Below, one piece after another: positions 9,223 through 18,291 of a stretch of DNA of 64,000 nt (positions are counted from its first letter, which is position 1; the number at the start of each line of letters is the position of its first letter). The position numbers and the translations under genes are program-made. The notes beneath the pieces were generated by a model. It did not search any database. It was not told the origin of the DNA and saw only the letters and a program-made list of their open reading frames with translations. This stretch comes from an uncultured Gemmatimonas sp. (GTDB taxonomy: Bacteria > Gemmatimonadota > Gemmatimonadetes > Gemmatimonadales > Gemmatimonadaceae): positions 22,566 through 86,565 of the forward strand of contig CAZKYG010000100.1 of NCBI GenBank assembly GCA_964556915.1, written 5' to 3'.

Positions 9223-10134
9223 CTACCGGTCGCGGAGCCGGCGCGACATCTCATCGAGCAACGTGCGCTCGTCGGGAGTCAGGCTGCCGAGTCCCTGTTG
9301 AGAGATCTTGTCGAGCACGCGGTCGAGCGACTTCGGGTCGCGCGCGGGCGGCGCCACAAGTCGGCGGGCGGCCGCTTCGCGCGCCACGGCCGCGTTGCTG
9401 CGCGTGACGATGTCGTCTTCCTGCCGGTGCGCCCGTGGCTGCGTGCGGGGAACGGCACGCGGCGGCCCTTCGTCCGGTTCGTCCGGCACGGGAGAGACGG
9501 CGTCGCGCAGGCGGCCGAAGCTGATCGACCCGATCGCCCGCAGATACGCCCAGCCGGCCACGAATCCGCCGAAGTGGACGAGGTACGCCGGCGCAGTGTC
9601 CGGCTCCGCGGTGAGCAGGCCCGCCGCCAGCACGGCGGTTGTTCCCCCCACCGCGACCCACCCCGCGGTGATGGCGACCGCACCGATCCGAAGCGGGGGT
9701 TCGATTCCACTTTGCGCTGCAAAGGCGAGGACGAGGCCGATCGCTGGGGCGGCGCTTCCCGCCAGGGTCACGTCGGGGGACGCAAACGTCAGGTGCGCAA
9801 CCCAGGCGCCGAGCGAACAGACGAGGTAATAGCGCACGAATTCGCCGCTGCCCCACGCCCGCTCCAGCGCTGACCCGAACACCAGCAGCGCCGAGAGGTT
9901 CGCCACCAGTGGCCAGAACCCCGGATTGACGAGCGTGAAGGTCGCGGTCGTCCACCACCGGTGCCCGAGGTCGTGGGCCGAGAATCCGAGTGCTGACGCG
10001 ATATCGCCCGGCGCCAGCACCGTCGCCTGAACGAGAAAGAGCAGCAACGAGACGGCCGCGATCGTTCGCGTCACGCGTGGCGCACCCGCATCGCGCGCCA
10101 CCGCCACGTCGTGGACCTGACCTGCGCCGCTCAT
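9223..10134 (-). CDS. rhomboid-family intramembrane serine protease with cytoplasmic C-terminal tail
   Basis: Multiple TM segments, a Ser motif (AGSAAPAIG) and a His motif (LVHFGGFVAGW). I chose the internal ATG at 10134, which forms an ATGA overlap with the upstream stop. The ORF track extends to 10218. Confidence 0.7.
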   Translation of the reverse strand: MSGAGQVHDVAVARDAGAPRVTRTIAAVSLLLFLVQATVLAPGDIASALGFSAHDLGHRWWTTATFTLVNPGFWPLVANLSALLVFGSALERAWGSGEFVRYYLVCSLGAWVAHLTFASPDVTLAGSAAPAIGLVLAFAAQSGIEPPLRIGAVAITAGWVAVGGTTAVLAAGLLTAEPDTAPAYLVHFGGFVAGWAYLRAIGSISFGRLRDAVSPVPDEPDEGPPRAVPRTQPRAHRQEDDIVTRSNAAVAREAAARRLVAPPARDPKSLDRVLDKISQQGLGSLTPDERTLLDEMSRRLRDR

Positions 10135-10796
10135 CGCAACCCGGCCGGGGCCGGCACACGCAGCAGCATGCAGCAGTCCGCGTGAGTCCCCATCGCCTGT
10201 TCGAGCAGCATGGACCATCGGCGGTCGAGCATCCCGGTTTCGCCACCGGGCGATGTGGGGTGGATGACGACTTCAACGGCAGGGCTCGCCTGGCTGGCCT
10301 GTTCGATGATGCGCAGCATCTGCGCATCCGTCGTATCCTCGCGTGGGCACAGTACCAGCGCATGGCGGCGACCAGCCTTGGCCGCGACGCCAAGCGTATT
10401 GATCGCGTGCGCGATCGCGGCGTCAGGTCCGGTGAACTCGACGGTCACCTGAACGAGCGCGAGCCGCGAGGCGATGTCGGTCACCGCCGCCGGTCGCTGT
10501 CCGTCCGTGTCGAGCAGCACGGGAACGTGCCCGGGAACCCCCGCCAGGGCGGCCTGCAGGAACGGTATGTTCGCAAGCGGGTCGCGTCCGCTGATCGAGA
10601 TCGAATGGAAGATCGACCGGCTGAGCTGGCGCTCGATCTCGCGCACGAGCGCGGGCGCCGTGTACATCGTGGCCGTCTCGGCCTCACCCGCAAAGCGGAC
10701 GAAGAGCTGGCGGCGCCCAGCCCAGACGCCCTGCGCTTGCACGCCCGCCGGAACGCCGGCGAGGGCTGCTGCTGCGACGGGCTTCGATCCAGTCAT
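10131..10796 (-). CDS. QueE-like (7-carboxy-7-deazaguanine synthase fold) protein lacking the radical-SAM cysteines
   Basis: From the ATG at 10796 (TGATG overlap with the ddl stop). Blocks VQAQGVWAGRRQLFVRFAGE, HSISISGRDP and LLDTDGQ parallel QueE IQGEG..G..FVR.AGC, ISGG.P and ETqG. No Cys is present at the cluster positions. Confidence 0.5.
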   Translation of the reverse strand: MTGSKPVAAAALAGVPAGVQAQGVWAGRRQLFVRFAGEAETATMYTAPALVREIERQLSRSIFHSISISGRDPLANIPFLQAALAGVPGHVPVLLDTDGQRPAAVTDIASRLALVQVTVEFTGPDAAIAHAINTLGVAAKAGRRHALVLCPREDTTDAQMLRIIEQASQASPAVEVVIHPTSPGGETGMLDRRWSMLLEQAMGTHADCCMLLRVPAPAGLR

Positions 10797-11842
10797 CAAG
10801 TCTCTCCGGGGGCGGGAGCGTGCACGGCCAGCCGTGCGATGCGATCGCACAGGTCCGGAAACGCGATCCCCGCCGCAGCGGCGGCTTGCGGAATCAGACT
10901 CAACTCCGTCATCCCCGGCAGGGTGTTCGCTTCCAGACAGTAGAATTCTCCGTCGCCGGTCATTCGGAAGTCAATGCGCGCATAGCCGGACAGCTTGAGC
11001 ACCGCAAACGCGCGCAGGGCCAGCGCCTGTATCCTCCCGGCCTGTTGCGCCGTCAGCTTCGCCGGGAATTCCTCGCGCGCCATGCCCGGCGTGTACTTGC
11101 ACTCGTAGTCGTACAGTTCGTGCGTCGGGATGATCTCGCCCACGGGTAGTGCATCGTCGCCGAGTATCCCCACCGTCAGCTCGCGCCCCGCGATGAACCG
11201 CTCGATCATGACCTCGTCGTCGTGCCGGAACGCCTCCGCCACGGCAGCGGCCAGCGCGTCGCGTGACTTCACGAGGCTGAGGCCAACCGTCGAGCCCTCC
11301 TTGGATGGCTTCACGATCACCGGCAGGCCGAACGTTGCCTCTACACGGGCCGCGAATGCGGGGGATCGCCATTCGGGCGCCCGTGAGTCGCGCAGCAGCT
11401 CCCAGTCCGGCGTCGGTATTCCGCTGTCGCGGAACAGTCGCTTGGAGAGGTCCTTGTCCATCGCGAGGGCGCTGGCCAGATGCCCGCTGCCCGTGTAGCG
11501 AACGCCGGTGAGGTCGAGCAGCGCCTGGATCGTCCCGTCCTCGCCCTGGCCGCCGTGCAGGCCGAGGAAGACCACGTCAACGTCGCGAGTCAGCCCGCGC
11601 ACGGCGGCAGGCAATGAGTCGCGATTGAGCCGCGCGAGCGCATGCGGATCAGGAGGGAGCGGACGCATCACGCCACCCGCAATCAGGGCGGCCTCCTCCG
11701 ATTCCGTCAGCGCGCCGCGAACCGTGTCGATGGCCACCACATCGTGCCCTTTCTGGCGCAGTGCTGCGGCGATCCGGAGGCCCGAAGCGATCGACACGTC
11801 GCGCTCAGACGACGTGCCCCCAAGCAACACCACGATGCGCAT
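10796..11842 (-). CDS. ddl: D-alanine--D-alanine ligase
   Basis: 348 aa. MRIVVLLGGTSSERDVSIASG.., LHGGQGEDGTIQALLD, and ARIDFRM..GEFYCLEANTLPGMT are canonical Ddl. Confidence 0.95.
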   Translation of the reverse strand: MRIVVLLGGTSSERDVSIASGLRIAAALRQKGHDVVAIDTVRGALTESEEAALIAGGVMRPLPPDPHALARLNRDSLPAAVRGLTRDVDVVFLGLHGGQGEDGTIQALLDLTGVRYTGSGHLASALAMDKDLSKRLFRDSGIPTPDWELLRDSRAPEWRSPAFAARVEATFGLPVIVKPSKEGSTVGLSLVKSRDALAAAVAEAFRHDDEVMIERFIAGRELTVGILGDDALPVGEIIPTHELYDYECKYTPGMAREEFPAKLTAQQAGRIQALALRAFAVLKLSGYARIDFRMTGDGEFYCLEANTLPGMTELSLIPQAAAAAGIAFPDLCDRIARLAVHAPAPGET

Positions 11843-13242
11843 TATCGCGACATCAGGAAGGAGAGCAGGTCCGACCGCGTCACGATGCCACGAATGGCGC
11901 CGTTCTCGCGCACCAGCACCGCCGGATTGGCCTTGGACAGCACCTTCACGATCGCATCAGCCGACTGCCCCCACTCAACGGTCGGGAACGGCGACTCCAT
12001 GACACTCGACACGGCGCGCTCGAGCACCTTCACGTCCTCGAGCGACGCCGCGCTCAGCGTGCTCTCCGATGCGGCACCGACGCAGTTGCCGTTCTCGATG
12101 ACCGGAAGTTGCGAGATGTCGTGAAGGGACATGAGGCGCAGTGCCTGCCGCACCGTGGCCGTCGGAGCGACGCTGATCACCTCGGTCGGCGCATGACCGC
12201 TCTTGCTCTCGAGCAGCTGCCCGAGGGTGGTGCGCGGCTGTTCGAGCATCTGGTTTTCGCGCATCCATTCGTCGCTGTAGAGCTTTGAGAGGTACCGCTC
12301 GCCCGTGTCGCAGAGGAACGTCACCACGCACGCCGCCGGGTCGTTCACGCGACGCGCGACGGAAAGCGCGACGTGCACCTGCAACCCCGACGATCCTCCC
12401 GCGAAGAGGCCTTCCTCACGCGTGAGCCGGCGTGCCATGGCGAACGCATCGCGGTCGGCCACCGTCTGGAATTCGTCGATGACCGTCATGTCGAGGGTCC
12501 CGGGAATCTTGTCCTGCCCGATGCCTTCGACCTTGTAGGGCACGCCTTCCGCCTTGTTTGCCCCGCCGCTGCGCCAGTACTCGGCGAGGATCGAACCCAC
12601 CGGGTCGCCGCACACGACCTGGATCTTCGGGTTCTTCTTCTTGAGATAGCGGCCCACGCCGGTCACGGTGCCGCCCGTGCCCGCGGCCGAGATCAGGTGC
12701 GTAATGCGTCCGCCGGTCTGCTCCCAGATCTCGGGTCCGGTTGTCGCTTCGTGCGCGTCGGGATTCGCCTGGTTGTAGAACTGGTCGGCGAGGATCGCAT
12801 TCGGCGTTTCGTGCGCGATGCGCTTCGCGGTCATCACATAGCTGTCCGGGTGGTCCGGTGGCACCGCCGTCGGCGTGATGATCACTTCGGCTCCATAAGC
12901 CTTCAGCAGCCGGACCTTTTCCTGCGACATCTTGTCGGGCATCGTGAAGACGCATCGATAGCCCTTGAGCGACGCGGCAATCGCGAGCGCGACACCGGTG
13001 TTGCCGCTCGTGCCCTCGACGATCGTTCCGCCGGGTTTCAGCCGCCCCTCGCGCTCGGCCCGCTCGATGATCGGGATGCCGATCCGGTCCTTCACGGAAC
13101 CACCCGGATTGCGGGTCTCCGCCTTCACCCAGACCGGTGTCACGATGCCGCGCGTGACGTGATTCAGCCGGATGAGCGGGGTCCACCCGATCGAGTCGAG
13201 CACCGAATCATAGACGTGAAGGTCGCGCGCGGGCGTCGGCAT
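11842..13242 (-). CDS. cystathionine beta-synthase / cysteine synthase family PLP enzyme with C-terminal CBS pair
   Basis: 466 aa with the PLP lysine motif NPGGSVKDR and GTSGNTGVALA. The C-terminal ~130 aa look like tandem CBS domains. TAATG overlap with the ddl start. Confidence 0.88.
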   Translation of the reverse strand: MPTPARDLHVYDSVLDSIGWTPLIRLNHVTRGIVTPVWVKAETRNPGGSVKDRIGIPIIERAEREGRLKPGGTIVEGTSGNTGVALAIAASLKGYRCVFTMPDKMSQEKVRLLKAYGAEVIITPTAVPPDHPDSYVMTAKRIAHETPNAILADQFYNQANPDAHEATTGPEIWEQTGGRITHLISAAGTGGTVTGVGRYLKKKNPKIQVVCGDPVGSILAEYWRSGGANKAEGVPYKVEGIGQDKIPGTLDMTVIDEFQTVADRDAFAMARRLTREEGLFAGGSSGLQVHVALSVARRVNDPAACVVTFLCDTGERYLSKLYSDEWMRENQMLEQPRTTLGQLLESKSGHAPTEVISVAPTATVRQALRLMSLHDISQLPVIENGNCVGAASESTLSAASLEDVKVLERAVSSVMESPFPTVEWGQSADAIVKVLSKANPAVLVRENGAIRGIVTRSDLLSFLMSR

Positions 13243-13254
13243 CGAAAAAGCTCG

Positions 13255-15891
13255 TCAGCTGGGGTCGCGGGAATCTACGGGCGCGGCGCTCGGCTGCTCG
13301 CGCCGGGCGTCGGCGACAAGGTCGGCGAGGAGGGCGATCGCTTCGATCGGCGTCACGCGGTTGACGTCCACGGTGCGGAGCCGCTCCACCACCGGGTGCT
13401 CCGGCGTGGCGCCAAACAGGGCGAGCTGGGATTCGGTGCTTCCGCTGGAACGCCGGACGGCTCCACCCGCCAGCGCAACTGCCAGCTGCTCGCGCTCGAG
13501 GATCGCCAACAGTGCACGCGCCCGGCGGAGCACCGCGTCCGGGAGGCCCGCGAGGCGGCCAACCTCGATTCCGTATGAGCGATCCGCGCCGCCCGGACGC
13601 AAGCGGTGCAGGAATCGGATCCCGCCGCCGCGTTCCTCCACGGCGACGTTGAAGTTGCGCACGCCCGGGAGCTCATCCGCAAGCTGGGTCAGTTCGTGAT
13701 AGTGCGTCGCGAAGATCGTCTTGGCGCCGACCTGGTTGTGCAGGTACTCGCTCACGGCCCATGCAATGCTGACGCCATCCCACGTGCTCGTGCCGCGCCC
13801 AATCTCGTCGAGCAGCACGAGGCTGCGGGCCGTGGCCGTGTTCAGGATTGCACTCGTCTCCGACATCTCCACCATGAACGTGGACTGGCCGCGCACGAGG
13901 TTGTCGCTCGCGCCAACCCGCGTGAAGATCCGGTCCATGAGCCCGACTCGCGCGCGGGACGCCGGCACGAAGCTCCCGATGTGCGCAAGCAACGCCAGCA
14001 GACCCACTTGCCGAAGGATGGTGCTCTTGCCCGCCATGTTCGGTCCCGTGAGGATCGCCATGCGTGCATCTGGCGTCAGCACGATGTCATTCGGGATGAA
14101 TTGCTCGCGCGGCATCATCTGCTCGACCACCGGGTGGCGTCCCCCGGTCACCTCGAGTTCCGGCCCGTCGTGCATGTCCGGACGCACGTAGCGGTTCCGC
14201 GCAGCAACCTCCGCCAGCGATGCCGTCACGTCGACGACTGCCACCCGCCGCGCAATCGCCTGCAGCCTCACAATGGCTTCCCCTGCCCGCGCACGCACCG
14301 CCCCGAACTGGTCCCGCTCCAGGGCCTCGATACGTTCGGTGGCGTGCAGGACCTTCTCCTCGAATTCCTTCAGCGCCGGGGTGACATACCGCTCGGCCCC
14401 GGCCAGTGTCTGTCGACGCTGGTAGTCGGCGGGAACGAGGTGGGCGTTGGCGTTCGTAACCTCGATGTAGTACCCGAACACGCGGTTGTGGCCGACCTTG
14501 AGCGACGCGATCCCCGTGCGCTCGCGTTCGGCCTGCTGGAGGTGCGCAATGGCCTCTCGGCCACCGGTGGCGACCGCCCGCAAGTCGTCGAGTTCCGGGC
14601 TGACGCCGCGTGCGATCGTCTCACCATCGCCGAGCACCACCGGCGGACGCTCAACCAGTGTGCGGATGATGTCATCGCGTATCTCCGCGGCGTCGTCCCA
14701 GCTCGTGACGATCGCGGCGAGCTCACCGCCCGGATGGACGGCGGCCATTGCCCGCGTCACCTCGGGCAGCCGTGCCAGCGAATCGCCAAGGGCACGCAGT
14801 TCGCGAGGGTTGGCGCGCTGGGCCGCTGCCTTGGCGGCGAGCCGTTCGATGTCGCGCACGCCATCGAGCGCGACCCGCGTGGTGTCGCGCGCCGTCGTCG
14901 CGCCGGCCAGCGCGGCCACGGCATCGAGGCGATCTTCGATGGCCGTCCGTTCCGTGAGCGGCGCGAGCACGCGTGCCCGGAGGAGTCGCGCTCCCATCGG
15001 CGTCACCGTCCGATCCAGCACGCTCAGCAGTGTGCCGCCGTCCGCCGCCCCTCGCATCGATTCGACGAGCTCGAGGTTCCGGCGCGTCATGTCGTCGAGC
15101 GGCATCAGCCCGCCCGGGCGCTCGATCACCGGCCGCGAGAGGTGCGCAATGCCCGCCGGCTGCAGTTCCCGGAGGTATCGCACGAGCGCGCCGGCAGCGC
15201 CAACCACGAGATCGTCGCCAGGGCCCAGCCCAAGGCCCTCGAGCGACACCACGCCATAGTGCTCGGCCAGGTCGCGAGCGGCGGATACCGGGTCGAACTC
15301 CCATGCATCGCGCTCGGTGACGAGCGTTCCGTCAGATGCCGGATGTCCACTGCGCATCGTTGCCGTCACGAGCAGTTCGCGTGGTGCGAGGCGGGCGAGC
15401 GCCGCGGCAGCATCGTCGCGCGACGCCGCGACCAGCCGGAACTCGCCCGTGGACAGGTCGGCCGCGGCGATCCCCACGGCGTCACCGCGTTCCTGAATTG
15501 CCGCGAGAAACGTGTTGCGCCCGCTGTCCAGCAGATCATCCGCAAACACGGCGCCCGGTGTTACGGTCTCGATCACGGCCCGCTTGACGATCCCCTTGGC
15601 CGCCCGCGGATCCTCGATCTGGTCGCATACGGCCACACGGTAGCCCTGCTCGACCAGCCGGCGGACGTACTCGTTTGCCGCACGCACGGGAACGCCAGCG
15701 AGAGGCACGGCCGCAGCGCCACCGTTGTTGCGCGACGTAAGCGTCAGGCCAAGCACACGCGCCGCGACTCTGGCGTCGTCGTGGAACATCTCGAAGAAGT
15801 CGCCCATCCGGAACAGCAGGATCGCGTCGCGATGGCGCGCCTTGATTTCGTCGTACTGCTGCATGAGCGGCGTGGGCTGCGCGGCGCTCAC
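13255..15891 (-). CDS. mutS: DNA mismatch repair protein MutS
   Basis: TPLMQQYDEIKARHRDAILLFRMGDFFEMF at the N-terminus, Walker A GPNMAGKST, and TFMVEM. I place the start at GTG 15891, which forms a GTGA overlap with the upstream stop. The ORF track's 949-aa version adds an implausible Arg-rich extension. Confidence 0.93.
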   Translation of the reverse strand: MSAAQPTPLMQQYDEIKARHRDAILLFRMGDFFEMFHDDARVAARVLGLTLTSRNNGGAAAVPLAGVPVRAANEYVRRLVEQGYRVAVCDQIEDPRAAKGIVKRAVIETVTPGAVFADDLLDSGRNTFLAAIQERGDAVGIAAADLSTGEFRLVAASRDDAAAALARLAPRELLVTATMRSGHPASDGTLVTERDAWEFDPVSAARDLAEHYGVVSLEGLGLGPGDDLVVGAAGALVRYLRELQPAGIAHLSRPVIERPGGLMPLDDMTRRNLELVESMRGAADGGTLLSVLDRTVTPMGARLLRARVLAPLTERTAIEDRLDAVAALAGATTARDTTRVALDGVRDIERLAAKAAAQRANPRELRALGDSLARLPEVTRAMAAVHPGGELAAIVTSWDDAAEIRDDIIRTLVERPPVVLGDGETIARGVSPELDDLRAVATGGREAIAHLQQAERERTGIASLKVGHNRVFGYYIEVTNANAHLVPADYQRRQTLAGAERYVTPALKEFEEKVLHATERIEALERDQFGAVRARAGEAIVRLQAIARRVAVVDVTASLAEVAARNRYVRPDMHDGPELEVTGGRHPVVEQMMPREQFIPNDIVLTPDARMAILTGPNMAGKSTILRQVGLLALLAHIGSFVPASRARVGLMDRIFTRVGASDNLVRGQSTFMVEMSETSAILNTATARSLVLLDEIGRGTSTWDGVSIAWAVSEYLHNQVGAKTIFATHYHELTQLADELPGVRNFNVAVEERGGGIRFLHRLRPGGADRSYGIEVGRLAGLPDAVLRRARALLAILEREQLAVALAGGAVRRSSGSTESQLALFGATPEHPVVERLRTVDVNRVTPIEAIALLADLVADARREQPSAAPVDSRDPS

Positions 15892-16880
15892 GGACGCTCC
15901 GCATCGACGACGATCGCCGTAAACTTGGCCGCCTTCAGTCGTGTCACCATCGCGGTGGCGGCTGCGAGCGTCTGGTACCGTCCCACGCGCACCCGAAACG
16001 GCCCGTCGCCACTCACGCGCGCGGCGTATCCAAGGTCCTTCAGTCGCGACATGAGCCGACTGGCGTCGGATGGCGACCCGTACGCGGCAACCTGCACGCT
16101 CCACTTCCCATCCGCCGCCGCACCCGATGTCGTGCGCGAAACGGCCTTCGATCCGGCGCGACCGGCGGCGCGCGACGCTGGCGGCCCGGTTCTCCGGCGC
16201 GCGACCGAGTCGCGCGCAGCCGAGTCGCGGGCGAACGCCGCAGCGGCCGCAGTGGCGATGCTGTCGGCGACGGCCTCGCGATAGCCGTCACACGGCCGGG
16301 CGTCATACGCCACGCGTCGATGCCGCTCGACGTCCGACGCGGGAATGTGCGCGAGGGCGGAATCGAACGCCGTGCATGCGTCCGCCATTCGGCCCTGCGC
16401 CATGCGCAGGCGGGCCAGCTCAGCCGCGGCGCGGGGGCCCACCGCACTTCCGGCAAAGTCTCGAACGATCCGCTCGAGGTGCGCCGCCCCCATATCGCGC
16501 TCGTCCGTCGCCAGTTCGCCCTCGGCCAGCAGGTATAGAGCGTCGCTCACCCGGTCGTGAAGCGGAAAATCGACGATGAGCCGCAAGAGGTCGGTCCGTC
16601 CGGCAGGAAACCCAGCCAGGGCGCCTCGGCGATAGAGTGCGCCCGGATAGACCGTGGAACTCGGGTCCGTGTCCGCGAGGACCGAGTCGACCACCGTCTT
16701 GGCGCGCGCGCTGTCGCGCGCCGCGACCAGGGAGTCGATCCGCGCGAGCACAGGTGCCGACGCCCGTGGAGTCTGCGCGCTCGCACGTGGTGCGGCAGCC
16801 ATCGTCGCCATTGCGATCGCTCCAGCGATCGCCGGCGCCACTTTCAACCGCGAGTATCGGGGTCTCGGCGTGCGGATCAT
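15888..16880 (-). CDS. SPOR domain-containing protein (signal peptide, helical-repeat middle)
   Basis: The C-terminus WSVQVAAYGSPSDASRLMSRLKDLGYAARV...FRVRVGRYQT is a SPOR fold signature. The internal ATG at 16880 gives a signal-like N-terminus (MIRTPRPRYSRLKVAPAIAGAIAMATMAAAPRASAQ). Confidence 0.72.
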   Translation of the reverse strand: MIRTPRPRYSRLKVAPAIAGAIAMATMAAAPRASAQTPRASAPVLARIDSLVAARDSARAKTVVDSVLADTDPSSTVYPGALYRRGALAGFPAGRTDLLRLIVDFPLHDRVSDALYLLAEGELATDERDMGAAHLERIVRDFAGSAVGPRAAAELARLRMAQGRMADACTAFDSALAHIPASDVERHRRVAYDARPCDGYREAVADSIATAAAAAFARDSAARDSVARRRTGPPASRAAGRAGSKAVSRTTSGAAADGKWSVQVAAYGSPSDASRLMSRLKDLGYAARVSGDGPFRVRVGRYQTLAAATAMVTRLKAAKFTAIVVDAERP

Positions 16881-16887
16881 GCCGTGC

Positions 16888-17943
16888 CTACGCCGCGCGG
16901 GTCGCCCGACGGGACGCGCACATCGACATGACGAGTGTTGACAGCACCTGCTCATCGCTCGACACGCCGGCTTCCTTGAGCGCGCTGTCGGCACCGGCTA
17001 GCAGCATCAGCGCGTGATCAACGCCAGGACAATCCCAGCGATCGGCATGCCGCGTCATGGCGCCGACCGCTTCGCTCCATGGACGGCCAACCGGTGCGCT
17101 ACGGGCTTCGCCCATCATGGCGTACAGATTCGCGGCCTGCTGTCGCGGGGCGACGCGGTTCGCGCGATCAACCAACACCTGTCCGATTCCCAGCAGGTGC
17201 GCGGTCAGCGACATGACGATGCCAACCGCTGATGCCTTCGGCTGCCGCATGACCGCTGGCACCAGTCCCGCCGCTGCCAAGCCATCGCGTGCGCACACGA
17301 GGTCAATGAGGTCGGTCGTCGTTTTGCCGGCGGACACGCCGACGACGGCCGCGACGTCCTGCGCCGAAATTGCGCCATTCGCCGAAAAATCACGGAGCTT
17401 GTGCAACTCGCCCTCGATCATGCTGAGATCAGGCCCGGTTGCGGCAAGCAGCAGCTTCGCTGCGTCGGGCGCGATGCCTCCGCCGGCGGCTGCCGCACGT
17501 GTCGCGATCCACTTCAACGCGGCACTGCCGTCAAGCGCGGCAAACGCCACGCTCATCGCCCGTCCCATGATGGAAGCGTCGGGCTTCCAGCCCGCCTGGG
17601 CCACCAGCAACAACACGGTCTCGGGGGACGGGCGGTCGAGATACCGATCGAGCGCCGCCCGCGCATCCTTCTTCAGCGCCGCCACGTCACGCACCACCAC
17701 CACACGCCGCGCGGCCATCATCGGCAGCGCATCGAGGGCGTGTGACAGGCGCCCGGCATCCGTTTCCGCACCACGGAACGCGTCAACATTGAAGTCGCGC
17801 GTCGCCGGATCGGAGAGCCGCGTGACCACGTCACGCAGCTTCTCTTCCTTCAGGAAGTCGTTGTCGCCGTGAAAGAGGTAAACCGGTGCCGGCGTGCCTC
17901 GGGCGACCGCGTCGTCGAGTGCATCGATTGCGGCCAGCGGCAT
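16888..17943 (-). CDS. holA: DNA polymerase III subunit delta
   Basis: From the ATG at 17943: MPLAAIDALDDAVARGTPAPVYLFHGDNDFLKEEKL...VVVVRDVAALKK, the typical HolA N-terminal pattern. The ORF track start at 18114 is unlikely. Confidence 0.82.
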   Translation of the reverse strand: MPLAAIDALDDAVARGTPAPVYLFHGDNDFLKEEKLRDVVTRLSDPATRDFNVDAFRGAETDAGRLSHALDALPMMAARRVVVVRDVAALKKDARAALDRYLDRPSPETVLLLVAQAGWKPDASIMGRAMSVAFAALDGSAALKWIATRAAAAGGGIAPDAAKLLLAATGPDLSMIEGELHKLRDFSANGAISAQDVAAVVGVSAGKTTTDLIDLVCARDGLAAAGLVPAVMRQPKASAVGIVMSLTAHLLGIGQVLVDRANRVAPRQQAANLYAMMGEARSAPVGRPWSEAVGAMTRHADRWDCPGVDHALMLLAGADSALKEAGVSSDEQVLSTLVMSMCASRRATRAA

Positions 17944-18209
17944 GCCCGGAATATAGCCTCTGCCGCCATGCCCTCCGCTTGCGTGTTCGCGGCGCGGCCA
18001 AGGCTCGCCGCGAGGCCGAGACGAAAACCTTCCGACGGGTGTACCGGGCGGATCAGGGCCAGCGCCATGAGACCGCGGCGCATTGCCACATGTAGGCGCG
18101 CACACCGTCGGCAATGCGCCATGTGATCGATGAAACCCGCCCGCACGATGGCCGGCAATTCATCGTCCATGAACGCAAGGTGATTTCGCCGGAATGCCTG
18201 ACAGGTCAT
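17850..18209 (-). CDS. anti-sigma factor (zf-HC2 type)
   Basis: MTCQAFRRNHLAFMDDELPAIVRAGFIDHMAHCRRCARL matches the zf-HC2 anti-sigma N-terminus (H-x3-C-x2-C). It lies downstream of an ECF sigma gene. Its 3' 94 nt overlap the proposed holA start. Confidence 0.6.
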   Translation of the reverse strand: MTCQAFRRNHLAFMDDELPAIVRAGFIDHMAHCRRCARLHVAMRRGLMALALIRPVHPSEGFRLGLAASLGRAANTQAEGMAAEAIFRACRWPQSMHSTTRSPEARRHRFTSFTATTTS

Positions 18210-18291
18210 CGACGGAGGTGGACGTAGTCCACCGTACCCCCGCAGGGCCACCCCGGTTCCGACGGGTGCCCTGACACCACCCGGCGACCTG

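Noticed and set aside
13606-16284. 892-aa ORF on the plus strand
   Set aside because: It is entirely antisense to the unmistakable mutS gene. Its Arg/His/Gly/Pro-rich low-complexity translation is typical of a high-GC shadow frame.
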